This document shows, piece by piece, positions 37,743 to 52,063 of a stretch of DNA of 64,000 nt. The stretch comes from Octopus sinensis (Eukaryota): NCBI RefSeq assembly GCF_006345805.1, contig NC_043004.1, positions 23,002,001-23,066,000 of the forward strand, in the 5' to 3' direction. The number at the start of each line of letters is the position of its first letter. Within the stretch, counting starts at the first letter, position 1. The translations under genes and the position numbers were made by a program. The notes beneath the pieces were generated by a model. The model was given only the letters and a program-made list of their open reading frames with translations. It had not been told where the DNA came from and made no database searches.

Positions 37743-39889
37743 GTAAGTACTTTCGGATAACTTCACATTTAATTCCACTGGAATAATATTCTCATTTCTA
37801 TATTGTTTAGATGAGTTGCTGTTGCTGCTGCTGGTGGAGGTGTTTCTGCTTTTGCTACTGATGCTTCTACTGCTTCTGTTGATTTTGCTGTTGCTGTTGT
37901 TGTTTAGCCCTAGGTCAGCTTAATGAGACGGACCTATGACCAAAGGTGTTACAACCATGACCATCCAATCTTTCGTCTTTTCAGGTTTTTGTTTTTCAGA
38001 AATGCCATAGATATGTTTACATTATATAATGTTTACATTTTTATGAGAGTAGGTTGTGATTTGAGGAGTACTTACAAATCGAGAGATAAAGCAGAGGCTT
38101 GTATTTATACGAATTGTTTTTAGTGTATTTCGGTGAGGTTGTTTACGTTTGAAATATCATAATTATTTATATATATATATATAGTTCGTTACCAACGGCA
38201 ACAACACAACTTAGCTTTACAAATAACCAAAGCTGCTGTTTTCAATATGATACTCTCCATTTTAAGATAAATCGGGAGAAATTTTACTTCTATTTCTCAC
38301 AGGTCGAGCAACTGCATAGAAACGCTTTGGTGAATTCCGAAAGCATTGCGTTTCAGCCATGACAATCCCGCCCCTTTGTATACGAGAGGCTAGTTCTCCA
38401 TTGTTATGTTCTCTTTTATGACGACTGGGTGTAATTCGGTGAAGATTCACTTATTATCTCTCGCGACTTGCGTCAGCACTAGACTGTTGAATAAATGTCT
38501 GAAATATGTGACATTTACTATAACACTTTGAGAAACAAAATTTATGTAGGTAAAAAGATGATCGTTTGTTGATGATCGTACATAATTGTTTATATATGGA
38601 TGATCATATACGCATAATTATATATATATATATATATACCGATGATATTATATCAATGATCGTTGATGGTTATCTTATATTGATGATTACATAACATCAA
38701 GATGTTGAATATTGGAGTATTTCTATAGAGAAAACTATGAATGATAATTACAATTAAAAGTTTCCTGAATAATCAATCTCACCTTTAGAGACGAAGCATT
38801 TATTGGCTGTGTATTTTGATTTTGGTTTTGCTTTTGGTTTTCGTCTCTGTTCTTGTTTGTTTGTTCTTGTTTTTGTTTTGTTTTATTTTGTTTCTAATAT
38901 TTCCATGTAAACTGCGTCTATACTGGTTTGATAATCGCCCGTCATTACGTGTCTTATTCCTGGATTACGAACTAGTAAACTTTCCATTTGGTGTAAGGCT
39001 ATATTTCGCTCTCTTCTTCTAGACAATTGATTCATATCTGGGTTTCGTAATTCTGAAATATTATAATCCTTTATAAAATCGTTTGGTCTGGAGAAATAGG
39101 CTGTATCCATGGTATTGTTAGGCAGGCTTGTGGAATTAATGTGGTCGATATTCTCGAATCATTACAAATGGACGGTTGCAGCAAAAACGATAGGAATTGT
39201 CAGAAGAATTGTTTTGTATATGGAAGTGATGGGAGAGAAAATACAATATCAATGACTAAATAAAAGGTGAGCAAGTGTATGAGGGGAGATGGTGTGAGTT
39301 CAGTCAGCTTCGAGAAACAGAGGGCACTATCATACAACAGAATACGAAGAGTGAGGGATCGCATGTCGGCGTCAATGGCTGAAATATGGACTGAATGCCA
39401 ATCAATATGATACCTATTTCTATGAATGTGGTCTAGGCTGTGTGTGTTTGTGTTTGTGTGTGTGTGTTTGTGTGTATGTGTGGGAGCACCAGACTTCAAC
39501 ATGCATCACAGTATCATTTATCACGATCATGTCGCTAAAGCACTGTATCGATTTTGCGAGCAGTACACCATTGTGCAAGCGGGTTAAGTGTAGTAACAAC
39601 ACTATCAGATATAGGAGCAGAACCTCGTTTTGAAAATATGTACATCGCGTAGAGTCGCCGAGACTTCACTAAAAGCAGTGCTTCATTGAGAATTCCGTAA
39701 GTGTAGTAGTAACTGGTCGTTAAATACATGCAGTATTTTCAACTTACACTTTTAGAATTTTAACCCACAATATATATATATATAAACTTCACCCATTAAA
39801 ATAATTATTCAGAATTTTTGAAACCATTTAGTTGGTGGGAATTCCCATCAGCTAAGTGGTTTGACAGAAACATATATGAAGGTTCATCT

Positions 39890-39919
39890 GTTCTACTTAA
39901 TTTATATGTATATGTATAT

Positions 39920-39988
<69 letters not shown>

Positions 39989-40281
39989 CATATATATATG
40001 TATATATACATATGTATATATATACATATATATATGTATATATACATATGTATATATATACATATATATATATGTAGGTATATATATATATATATGTATA
40101 AATACATATATGTATATATATATACATATATATTTGTAAATACATATGTATATATATACATATATGTATATATACACACATATATGTTTATATATATACA
40201 TATATGAATATATATACATATATATATATATACATATATGAATATATATACATATATATATATATGCATATATGAATATAT

Positions 40282-40316
<35 letters not shown>

Positions 40317-40439
40317 GCATATATGAATATATATACATATATGAATATATATACATATATGAATATATATACATATATGTATATATATGCATATATATAT
40401 GTGAATATATATATGTATATAATGCATATATATATGTGA

Positions 40440-40470
<31 letters not shown>

Positions 40471-40550
40471 TATATATTTGTAAATACATATGTATATATA
40501 TATATGTATATATATATATGTATATGTTTATATGAATGTATATGTACATA

Positions 40551-40615
<65 letters not shown>
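39890..40615. repeat. Long degenerate (AT)/(ATAC)/(ATGA) low-complexity array
   Basis: About 720 bp of alternating purine-pyrimidine AT-rich units. It produces the YI-repeat ORFs. Confidence 0.95.
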
Positions 40616-40617
<2 letters not shown>

Positions 40618-42516
40618 AGAATGTATTAACTTGACGTTTTTTATAATGTAGTAAAAATAGCGGGTGTGTAACTTTTGGATCGTGGTTCTTCGTCAGAAAG
40701 AGGGAAAAGTGAAAGTTATAGAGAAGGAAAAAACATTATTTCTTTCTTATATTGTAATGAACTACTGAATGAAGGGATTTCATACAAAAATATAGTGGTA
40801 AATCTATAACTTAGTTATATGAATTATTCAGTCTTTTAAGATGAGAAGAATCGGATCTAGCGGGTATGAAGATATCTGCCAAAACGTACGTCAATTTTAC
40901 CTTTTGGTACCAGCATTTTGATTCTGTATATGTATATAGATTTACATTTACAATCTTAGTTTAGTTAAAATTTTCATGAATTGGATATCAATAAAATTAT
41001 TGATTCATACAGCAATATGTTTCATGCTGATTTTTAACAAGCGTCCAACCGCTCCCACCATACATTGATATAGAGTAGTTTAGAAAGGATTGACTGCATA
41101 CGCTATCATTTCATTTTGACGTTTTTAATGTTTTCATGTTACAAAATACCGAAATAGAAAGTGATGTTAGAAAAAGTTGAACTATTAAAAAAATTGAAGC
41201 CAACCAAATGGCGTCAATGTAATCTCAACGCTAAGCTTAGATTTCCTGTATTTAAAACATCAAAAAAGTATAATTACAACTACAATCTCCCAGCAGGCTA
41301 TTATATTGATCGCTTCACCTTAATTTCATACAAAATTATTACATTCAAATTATTTCGAAGCAAGCTGGATAATTTCAAAATAAAACTGTTTTTTTTTGTT
41401 GCTGTTTTCGTTCTTTTGGGGGTTTTTGTCTTTTTGTTTGGAAAAAATCAAAAATACAATGTATTTAACAATACCGCTAAATAATATATTTTCTTGAGCA
41501 TTTATTTACATATAAGAAACATAAATTCATTAATATTTATTTTTCCTTGTTACACTGTTAGGTTGTTCCAACGTTTAAGCAACATTGAGTGTCGAATAAT
41601 GTTGTAATTAAAACTATTAACATAAGCAAACAGTATCATGAAGATTCTTATATTTATACCCCAACATACAAATATTCCCGTGAATATATATTAATACTAA
41701 TACAAATAACCTGTTGAGTGTCCTCAGTAACAGCACGGAAACGAATAGTTGTTGTATAAAATATATTTTATATTGCAATTTGCTATGAGTTCATCAAATG
41801 TATCACCTTTTTAGATAACGGAACCGAAGAGAAGGATTGTAACAGCATCTCCTGCGGCATCGATTTGTCGAGCATTTGTGTCATTGCAATATTGTGCAGA
41901 CCAGACTGAAACAAATCGATATATATATCTCGAGTAGTTTTGTGTCGTCTCACCTAAATAATAACTTCCAGCTCGTCTCCCTAAATCCAAGTAGGCTGGC
42001 TACCCTAGATATTTCTCAGCTTCATAGCCGTCGACGTTGCAATACAATATTTGTAAACAATTTTGAGATCTACTTTACTGACCAAATATTTGATTAATAT
42101 TGCTACCATTCCTCTTTAAACTTATGCAATGAAATCTCTCGTGTTTCTATGTTTAATTTAATAGGTTGAAATAAGGCGAAAAAATGTGGAAATTATGTGA
42201 GCAAAATCACTCGCATAAATCATTAAATCGACACTGGAGCTTCAAAATGGCCAATTACATAGGCATAAAAATGTGTTACAAACTAAGAATCAAAGTTTAA
42301 AATAATATAAGCAGCAATAAATTTTGACCCAACACTATGTTGAACTATGTGTCTCTATGTGTATGTGTATAATAATGGGATATGTGCGTCTTCTTAAGTT
42401 GCAGTGTAAAAATAGTGTATGCTTAAGGAGGCAGATAACTCGATATATGGATATCTATGTGTCAGTGTTCTTATGAATGTATGTGTGTGTGTGTGTGTGT
42501 TCATATGTCTGGTTAT

Positions 42517-42550
<34 letters not shown>

Positions 42551-42727
42551 GAGAGACAGACAGACAGACAGACAGACAGAGAAAAAGGAGGCAGTCAGAG
42601 ATTTGGATAATATTTATTAGCGCTTCCGTTCTTTTAATCAAACTCGTCAAAAAAATAAAACCCAGACAAAGAATTTACCAAAATTCTGACTGCCTCCTTT
42701 TTCTTACTATACACCACTTCAAGCATC

Positions 42728-42758
<31 letters not shown>

Positions 42759-42949
42759 ATATATATATAATATATATATATATATATGATGTATGTACTA
42801 TGTATGCATAGACCATTTTAGCTCTTATTTCTAGCAATGTAGGTGTTTCTAACATCCTATCAAATTTAATGATAATTATAGTTTTCCTATTTGGTGAAAA
42901 ATTGCAAACTGCTGCCTAAATTAATTATATATACATACACAGACACGCA

Positions 42950-44050
42950 GGAAGTAAATAGACACCTTTAATTTTCAAAATCTCTTATTTAATACGCAAA
43001 GCGAACAATTGAGATGTAATCGATAGGTCGGAATACATACTTAAGTTTTTAGATGACATTCCCTTTGCAGTTTTAATTCAGAAACACTTTTTGGCATTGA
43101 ACTGATGAGCTTTGTGATTGTCTCTTGTGGTATTTCTGCCCAATTTTAACGCAACAATCGAAACTATTCATCTTTAGATTTAGGTTTCTGTCGAGATTTT
43201 CGTATAGCTCTATCTAGTATGCTCCAAAGATTTTCAATTGGATTTATGTCAGGGGATTGGCTCGGTCAAGGAAGCTTTTTGATCCCATTTTCAGTGAACT
43301 ATTTTTGATTCCTTTTCGCTGTGAGACATAAAGCCCCATCTTCCATGAATAAAAAAACTCATTTTCGTTATGTTATCGTGTGAATATATCGGAAGTAGTC
43401 CTTGCTTAAGAATTCCGATGTATTTTTCTGAGTTTATGGTTCCAATACATTCGATCAGCTCAGAACGACCATTGCTGGTGACAGCTCCCCATACCACTAC
43501 AGAGATACCGCCATGTTTCACAGTTGGAGTTGCTTGGAGTCGTTTCAAATCAAATTCTTGATTGGAAAGCCTCTAGACCCGAACACGTCCACTATCTGAT
43601 AGTAATGCAAATCTGGATTTATCTGAGGAAATCACTCTATCCCGAAATGAACTGGATTTTTATGACATCTCCTTAGCCCATTTCTTTCTTTTCATGATAT
43701 TAATTGGTTAAATCAGAGGTTTTCTTCTAGCTACTCGTCCATAATACCCAATCTTATGTAGATATGTAATACACGTTCTTGGAATAACTTCTAGCTGTTT
43801 TACAATGTCAGAAGCCTTCGAACGGGGTTCGTTTTCCACACTTCTCTTCAAACAGTGAAGCTTCCTTTCCGAGGGCCCAGGTCGTCCGGGACGAGAATCT
43901 GTTTATGGTTTTCCTTGGCTTTTGAATCACACTATAACTGTATTAACAGTGGCAAGAGGAATTTGAAGATTTTCAGCGATTGTAATCTTTCGATTGTACT
44001 TTTCTAGCATTACAGTGCTAGCACCTACAAGTCTGGCACTCATCGATGTA
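42950..44050 (-). mobile_element. Tc1 (DD34E) transposon, decayed, nearly complete transposase
   Basis: GYYGRVARRKPL...SDKSRF...TVKHGGISVVVWGA...MED-(34 codons)-E in PSQSPDINPIENLW. Confidence 0.9.
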
Positions 44051-45977
44051 AAAGTGAATATTTCTCTCTCCCCCTTTCTTTCTCTCTCTCTTTCTTTCTC
44101 TCTCTCCCTCTCTCTCTCTCTCACTTACTCACTATATATATATATATATATATATAAATATGTATGTATGTATGCTCGTTTGTATTATTTCTGTTGTTTA
44201 CATTAGACGTAACTTAACATAACAAGTGTGAGAATTAGCAGTACAACAATGAGATCAAGAACACGATTCTCTCAATTTCAAAAGAGCAGAAGCTGTTAAT
44301 GATCACTACACATATCACCTAAATTATCTGCAATATATAATGGTGTTCTACATTCAAGCGAACACTGACACAATATCATTACTTCATGAGAAGTTATAAC
44401 TAATGATCAGACATAGCTTTCTCTTTCCAGTGACCACGAAATTACAAAATAATGAAATGAGATCACCCTGTGTACTGGAATAACAAGTTTTATATCTTGT
44501 ACAGAATTATCTTTAGTTATATTATCAAATAACTGCCACATATATACATTAGTTACATTAATTATAGCCGACATCGTAAATATGTGGTATATATCCTAAA
44601 GGAGGTTTATTCATAAGCAGAATAGATTAGTCATTTGTCAACCAACTCATTTAGCTCTACGTGAATGTTAAATATTAACTTACTGCAATTCATGATATAT
44701 ATAAAATATAAATATTCACTAAAATCAAATAATATTCATTTGAAGACGTTTTTACTTCAAGAAAATCTTTTCAAAGGAATTTGCTCTGCAAAGTTGTAAA
44801 TATTAGATGAAAGAAGCATATTTTTCGCAGGCTAAATAATTGCAAAAGATTGATATCCAAATTAGAATAACATATGTTTTGTAACGTTGTGGACTGTCTT
44901 AAAAAGGAGCAGATAGAGAGAAAATGTTGTGTAATGCATGGAATGGCTGAATGAATGGAATATCACACAAACTGATCCTTGTGTGAGCAATATTTCCTGC
45001 TATATAATTCATAAACCAAACTGAGCGGATCTGCTCAGTCTGATTTACGTTTTTTTATACAGATATACAAGTATAATTCTCGGCAATAGACTGAGAACAA
45101 ATTTGATTGTTGTAATACTTCGATTGAACATGGGTGTTGTACTTTCTCACTTTAATGGAGAATTTTTGCAGTTACTCGACCTAGAAATGGCAGCCATATT
45201 TACACCCTTGCACCCTACCGTATTAACAGCGACAGTGACATACTAGATGCACATCACTTAACAAAATATGCATGATGGTCAGAGCTAGAACACATCTGAT
45301 CACATATCTGTTTGATCAGGCAGACCTAGGGCTAAAATTAGCGATGATCATCACAAAAACTATTTACTTTTATAGAGAAAGTGAGGTACAATATGGAATA
45401 TTTTTAATATAAGTAATTATATATTTACATGCTGAGATCAAATTGCTGTGAATAAAGATAAATGAGATATTCTATCAGTTCAAAGTTATCTGGATTATAA
45501 GACAGTGTTCCGCAATATTATCTGCATCGTTCGGCTAACATTACAGGCTGCATGTCCAGGTGTATTTTGATAGAAATCAGCTTCAGAGATTCTCTATCTC
45601 CGTGAACAAACCAAATCAAAACATTCCATTTCCTGCAGGTTCCACTCAGTTCAACGGACGGTGTCACTCGTCAGAAACTGTTTGACGACCGGAAAACAGT
45701 AATGGTGCACATATAATTATATAATACAGCACGATTCCTTTCTCGCATGGTGGCTAAATAAATATTAGCTATTTTTGCATATGTATGCATTTATATATAT
45801 ATATATGTGTGCGTGTGAGTGCGTATATATATGCATGTGTGTATTTACAGAGAGGGAGATATATAAGTGGAGAGAGACTGGTGCGAGAAAATAATAATTA
45901 ACAATGATTAACTAATAATGTATGTTCGAAATATGTGCATCAATATACACGTGTATGTGTGAATGATATGTGAATTA

Positions 45978-46009
<32 letters not shown>

Positions 46010-46010
46010 T

Positions 46011-46047
<37 letters not shown>

Positions 46048-47834
46048 ATGTATGCATGTATATCGAGAATATACAAGCCTGCAAGTTCACCCAATAAAGC
46101 ATTGCGGTTTTTTTATATTTCCAATATCGAATTCGATCTTACCTTCCGCTCGCAAGGTTAAAATTTTCACACCTAACGCCATGTACTTACTTCAATCCTT
46201 TTTTTAATGTCTTATTATGAAATAATTCTATATATTTATTGTTAACATGTTTCTTCAAATATTTCACAATGGCGATATTATTAACTTCAGTCCTCTGCTG
46301 CATGTTGGATCGCACTCAGATTGTCTTAAACACTTTTCTTCACTCTCTTCTTTAACTGTTAAATTAATATAGACATTAAGGAGCCACTGTTTCTAATAGT
46401 TATATAATAACAATACTACCACCCAGTGTAAGCTCTCGTCGTAGATGTAATTAAGAAATTCAGAAAATCTAGTATCAGATAACCTATATGGGATTATGTC
46501 TGTCTTCCAAATACTTCAACAGGTATAGCTGTGTACTAAGTAGATGGCTTCTCAACCACGTGGTTCCAAGCTCAATCCTGCCGCTTAGCACATTCTGCAA
46601 GTTTAACATGGTCTAAACATAACAGGAGGTGGCATGTAGGCTGGAGAGTTGCTAAAGAAGTGACAGGATGTGCGACTAAAGTTTTCAGAAAAAAGTACAC
46701 TAAAATAAGAATAAAAAGTGTGTGTGTGTGTATGTATGAGTGTGTGTGTGTGTGTTTAATTGGTAAATTGTGATTATCTCTAAGTATAACAAAATTTGTT
46801 TCAATACACCATTTCATATCAAGAATCTTGCAATCAAATATATAAACATATGTATACATATATATTAATTTAAATTTAATATCTATATAATACACTAGCA
46901 GGTATGCTCTTCTGCGTCTCTATAGCTAATGAATTACTCTGAAAGAAATACTGTCGATTCAACTGGTCAGTTGCTCAGTATACTAGTCCATACAGAATTA
47001 AGATGTTTACTGATGCTGGGTATCCTGTGAATCAGTATTTGTCTCAGACTTACAAATGTCACATATTATGCGGCAAAAAATTCAATAAACAAAATCTAAT
47101 GGTTAGAGTAAGCCTCGCTACACACATTTCATTTCCATGCTTCATTTACCAATACGAAATATATATCAAATATCATATAACGTGACGTAAATAAATCCGA
47201 TTTGGTGTTTAACTAACTGATAACTTCAGGGGATATTCAGGCCTCATATTAATATCTATCTTGCTTGCATGAGAATAATATAACTATATGTATATAATTA
47301 TATATATATTATATATATATATAATATATATATATAGCTAATTACAGCATGTTATTGACACGTACAAATATCACATCATGGCTTTCTGATTGCGAATAAA
47401 TGCTTATTTGTGTATGGACATAATATGATATATATTTACATACATATATACATACATACATACATGTATGACTCATGAATTATCTATCCATTGGGTGTCT
47501 TACAAATGCATGTGTGCGTAACATATTAAAATATGCATAAAAAATAATATAACAATATGTTATGTTATAATTATATGTGCGTGCTCGAGCGCATGGTTTC
47601 GCGTGTATTAATGCGAAGATATCTTGCATGAAAAGGTTGCAAATTTACCTGCTCCTCCGTAGATGAGCAGATTTAATCGAATTTTGCCCCTTGTTGATGT
47701 CTCATCTGAGATCTCTACATCATCTGGATAATTGCATGGTAACCATACGCCATTCAGTTTATAGTAATGAATATTACAGAGAGAGATTATTTTATATCGT
47801 TTTCTCTAAAGAATATGTTAAAAATATTAAATTT

Positions 47835-47866
<32 letters not shown>

Positions 47867-48624
47867 TATCTATTATTTATATATATTTATATATTATATT
47901 TTATATATTGTATCTTACAATTTTCATCCAAATTATATTCCACTTTCAGAGAACGTAGGAAAACAAAATCCACCGAAGTTCCATTATAAATCTAACTATA
48001 AAAGTTAATATATGGCTATATGTATCAGTATGCGTGCATATGAAATATCCACCAAGTTATTATACATGTACGGCCTTTTGTCCTTACACACAACAAGTAT
48101 ATTTTATAAACATTATACACTATACACACTAGGTGTTTATTAAATACACCCATAATTCCATATTGCAAGCGCAGAATGGAACATGTTCTTGAGTATTATC
48201 ATTTACTCGAAAGTACCTGGAAATATCCGTGAAAGAATTTGGAAGCAGACGAAAGTAATAAAACCAGCCTTATATAAATATCTACAATATACTATCAATG
48301 TTTTTCCTTAATAAATTTTATCAATTTTTCATACATATTAGCCGCGTGATTTTTTTCCTCTGTGGCAGGTATAACTTATATATGCATGCATGACTGGATG
48401 GGTGAATGGATGTAGTTATGTTTATATGTATACATACGTGGTGGTATGTTATCTATTTACAACTACATATGTAGAAAAATCATTATTAAACCACACAACA
48501 GTAAAGTATATTTGAAAATTTACAGGAAATATTTATTTGAGTATTTGAATACATACATGTGTGTGTATGAGCATGTGTGTGGGTGTTTGCGTATGGGTGT
48601 GTGTACGTATGTATGTATGTATGT

Positions 48625-48750
<126 letters not shown>

Positions 48751-48984
48751 TATAGAAAATAGAATTAATGACATTGTTTATTTAAAATCACTACAATTGT
48801 TTCGTTACAGTTATACATCCATGACACATTGGTATCCGGATGTGTAATCATTATCAGGTATTCAAAGTGTAAAATGATCCTCCTCGGGTAATCGTTTAAC
48901 GATGTCCTTCATTAGGTCGTACCATCATTTCATTCAGTGTGAAAACGCATACCCAAAATTGTCATTTTCAGCAATATATAGACA

Positions 48985-49440
48985 AAATTAAAGTGTCAGA
49001 CAAAATACAATATATAGTAAGATTGATGGAATCGAGAGCTTCCTTATGCAATCACAATTGCGCTGGGCTGGCCATGTTATCAGAATAAGTGACGAAAGAA
49101 TACCCGAAATCCTTATGCACAGCCAGCTTAATAGTGGGCACAGGAATGTTGGTCGACCATGGCTGAGATATAAGGACAAACTGAAGAGTATAAATGGAGC
49201 AAACAAAATGGAAATTGTTGGGTCAAAACTTTGTTACAAGTAGCATTATCAGGCTTCGGGATGCAAGGCAATGTGGAAAAGAGGCTGCAAATATACCACC
49301 TGCACTGACCTATACTCATCATACTTGCAGAATCTGCGGTTTTTTGGGTTTGTTTTTTTTTCAAATCGTTGGTGGGACTCAAATGTCACATACGACATAA
49401 GCATTATGACAAAGAAAGAGTAAGTTGTTAGATTCTCATA
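48985..49440 (+). mobile_element. RTE-clade LINE 3' fragment
   Basis: MQSQLRWAGHVIRISDERIPEILMHSQLNSGHRNVGRPWLRYKDKLK, followed by a CRICG knuckle remnant. Confidence 0.88.
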
Positions 49441-49805
49441 CGTCGAAACCGACGGGAGAGTTCATCATATATATATATGTGTGTGTGTGTGCGTGTATAT
49501 ATATGAAAACTTTAGATAAATCTGCCTATATTCTCAGTACATTTTTCATTTATTTCTCTTTTATCTTCTACCTTTGCCTCGGTTGACCCATTATACTACA
49601 GCTACGGCGGGCACAGCGTTGAAAAATTTTAGTCGAACGAATTTGCCACAGTGCTACTTGTTTTTAAAGCCGATACTTATTCTGACCTATTCTATTGCCG
49701 AGCTACCAAGTTATGGAGACTGAAACACGGCAACATCAGTTGTCAAGTGGTGATGATGGACACACGCAGACTCTGAAACACACACACACACGCAATATAT
49801 ATTTA

Positions 49806-50642
49806 CAGGGTGTCCCAAAAACGTCACTTAATGGTTTTAATTTTTAATAAGTCCCTTATTTTTAGAAATATGAAATTCTAATTCAATTTAGGGCAGTTAA
49901 TGGAAATTAATTTGCATTAGACCTTTTTTATCATACCTCTGTATTATGTACGAAAAAGGACATCTTTTAAATGGCATCCATTTTCAGCTTCACACATCCG
50001 TGCACTTTCCAAAATATGCTCCATGTCCGCTTTAAGGATTTCAGGGTACAATTCCCTGATTTCTCTAGTAATATTCTTCTTCAGTTGCTCCAGGGTTTCT
50101 AGTTTGTTGACATAAACCTTTTTCTTGAAGTATCCCCACAAGTCAGAGCTGGTCAGATCTGGGGTACTCGGTGGTCAGGTGACATCGCAATAGCGAGAGA
50201 GGATTCTTTGTCCGAAATATTGCCTCAGCAATTGTATTCTGTCTCTTGCAGTATGAGCAGTTGCCTATCTTACTGCAACCACATATCGAGCCTGTTTTGA
50301 ATGACTGGGCGCAAAAAGTCCTCGATAATGGACTTGTATCGCTCACCAATCACAGTGACAGTATTGTCATCATCGTCCACAAAGAAATAAGTCCCTATTA
50401 TATCACCCACCGTAATTGCTCAGCATATTGAACACTTTATGGCGTGGAATTCTCTTTGGTGGTCTCTAGGTTTGAATAATTGACCCCTGATGCTTTTGGT
50501 AGAACAACTTCACCACTTTAATGCCATATTTTTCCAGAATTAATTTCCAGGGCGTAGTCCACAAAACCTCTGAAAAGAAAACAGATATAAAAAATAAAGA
50601 ATTATCAAAGACTGCAACCCCTCAGTGACATTTGGGCCACTA
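49806..50642 (-). mobile_element. rosa/Visitor-type transposon, internally deleted, both TIRs present
   Basis: TA+CAGGGTGTCCCAAAAACGTCACT and degenerate AGTGACATTTGGGCCACTA+TA; IIGTYFF...GERYKSII...PPSTPDLT...LWGYFKKKVY. Confidence 0.8.
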
Positions 50643-50648
50643 TATATA

Positions 50649-50795
50649 TCTATATATATAAAGATGAGAATGTATGTCTGTCTGAATCCCTAAAACTCGA
50701 GAACTACCCATACGATTTCATTCAAATTTTACATATGCCTTAATTACGGTCCATGCAGTGTCATGGGCTAAAACACGTCTCAACTTCTTGCCTAA
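50649..50795 (+). mobile_element. Helitron-like non-autonomous element 5' end
   Basis: TCTATATATATAAAGATGAGAATGTATGTCTGTCTG...CGATTTCATTCAAATTT resembles Helitron 5' termini. Confidence 0.5.
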
Positions 50796-51132
50796 AACGA
50801 GCCCAGTTTGGTTTCCTTGTATGTCTCCACTGTCCTGTTTTTGTTCCCGACTTTGACCATCCATAACTCCCAAATTATATTTTGGCACTTATGGAAACAA
50901 CTGTCTTCGAAGACTCATATTGTCTTTCAAAGCTGGAAAGGAGGAGTTGATAGACAGCCGACAACTGATGAGGGGTCGATCTTTATGTTACTAGTCCTGT
51001 TTTCTATTTGTTTCTCTCGTTGTTGTATATTCAACTCATTTGTTTTCGTGTTTCATGTTGCTTACTGTTTGTGATGTCCTATATCCATAAATGCATGTGT
51101 ATATATATATGTGTATGTGTGTGTGCGCACGC

Positions 51133-51181
<49 letters not shown>

Positions 51182-51531
51182 CATATATGCGTGTGTGTAT
51201 ATGTATATATTTATATACATGTGTATATATGTATGTATATATTCATATATATATATATATATATATACGGGTGTGTATGATTGTGTATAGAAGGATATAT
51301 TACTCAAAGAAATTCCAACTTTGATTTTCACGTTTTATCTACCGACTTATAATAATATAAGATAAGATAATACAATAAAATGATAGAATACTAGTACTTT
51401 CATGCATTAAACTATGAAATCTTCAGGTTCATATAGTAGTGGTGACAGTTATGTATATATAAATATGTGTGTGTCTGTAAAAATATTTTCTATACATTAT
51501 TTATTATACCCCCCACCCAGACACACACACA

Positions 51532-51583
<52 letters not shown>

Positions 51584-51584
<1 letters not shown>

Positions 51585-52001
51585 CAATTTGGCGCGAATA
51601 CGTCGGTCTTGAAAATTTTAAGACAGATATTCCGGAGGCATAGATACAGACGCCTCGTGTATATTTTTCTCTCCCAGGTTTTTTACTGATGAAGTGTGAC
51701 CTATGGTAGATTAGCTTAATTTAATTTAATTAAGCTAATTTAATCATCAATAACACAGAAACGATGCATCGTCTAAAAGATGAATTAGGGTAAATATTTT
51801 TAAATTTTCACCTACTTTCTGAATTACTACTACTTGGCGGTGTGAGTTATGGCTGCTCTCTCTGGTGGACGAATGGCCTGTTAAGGTCACTCCTAAATTG
51901 TTATATTTTTATATATTTAGTCTTTGACTATTTTCTCTTTTCCACTAGGCCGCTGGTAGCGATAAATTTCTATTGAATTTTTTGCTACCCTAAATTGACT
52001 A

Positions 52002-52003
<2 letters not shown>
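51584..52003 (+). mobile_element. About 420-bp non-coding repeat unit carrying an HHR (retrozyme/PLE pseudo-LTR-like)
   Basis: Unique block bounded by (TA)n on both sides, with a central hammerhead fold. Confidence 0.6.
51679..51780 (+). ncRNA. Type I hammerhead ribozyme (family D) with long stem II
   Basis: TTTTTTA-CTGATGA-A-GTGT...[15-bp hairpin]...ACAC-A-GAAAC-GATGCATC-GTC-TAAAAGA. All three stems form. Confidence 0.8.

Positions 52004-52063
<60 letters not shown>

Noticed and set aside
38303-38333. Strong acceptor (tatttctcacag) shortly after the TM exon
   Set aside because: An in-frame TGA follows after 9 codons and there is no NPR-like sequence.
39805-40549. Long ORFs of up to 215 aa made of YI/HT/CV repeats (also near 4.1, 6.1, 7.0, 9.5, 10.3, 51.1 and 54.5 kb)
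   Set aside because: They are translations of (AT)n, (CA)n and (ATAC)n microsatellites, which lack stop codons. There is no domain signal.
45639-45698. 60-bp exon-like segment (cctgcag ... gtaatg), open in phase 2
   Set aside because: No similarity to rGC juxtamembrane or kinase-homology sequence and a weak donor. Such hits are expected by chance.
50965-50971. CTGATGA core in an unidentified repeat
   Set aside because: No stem II or GAAA follows, and the upstream GAAAC cannot form a type II fold.
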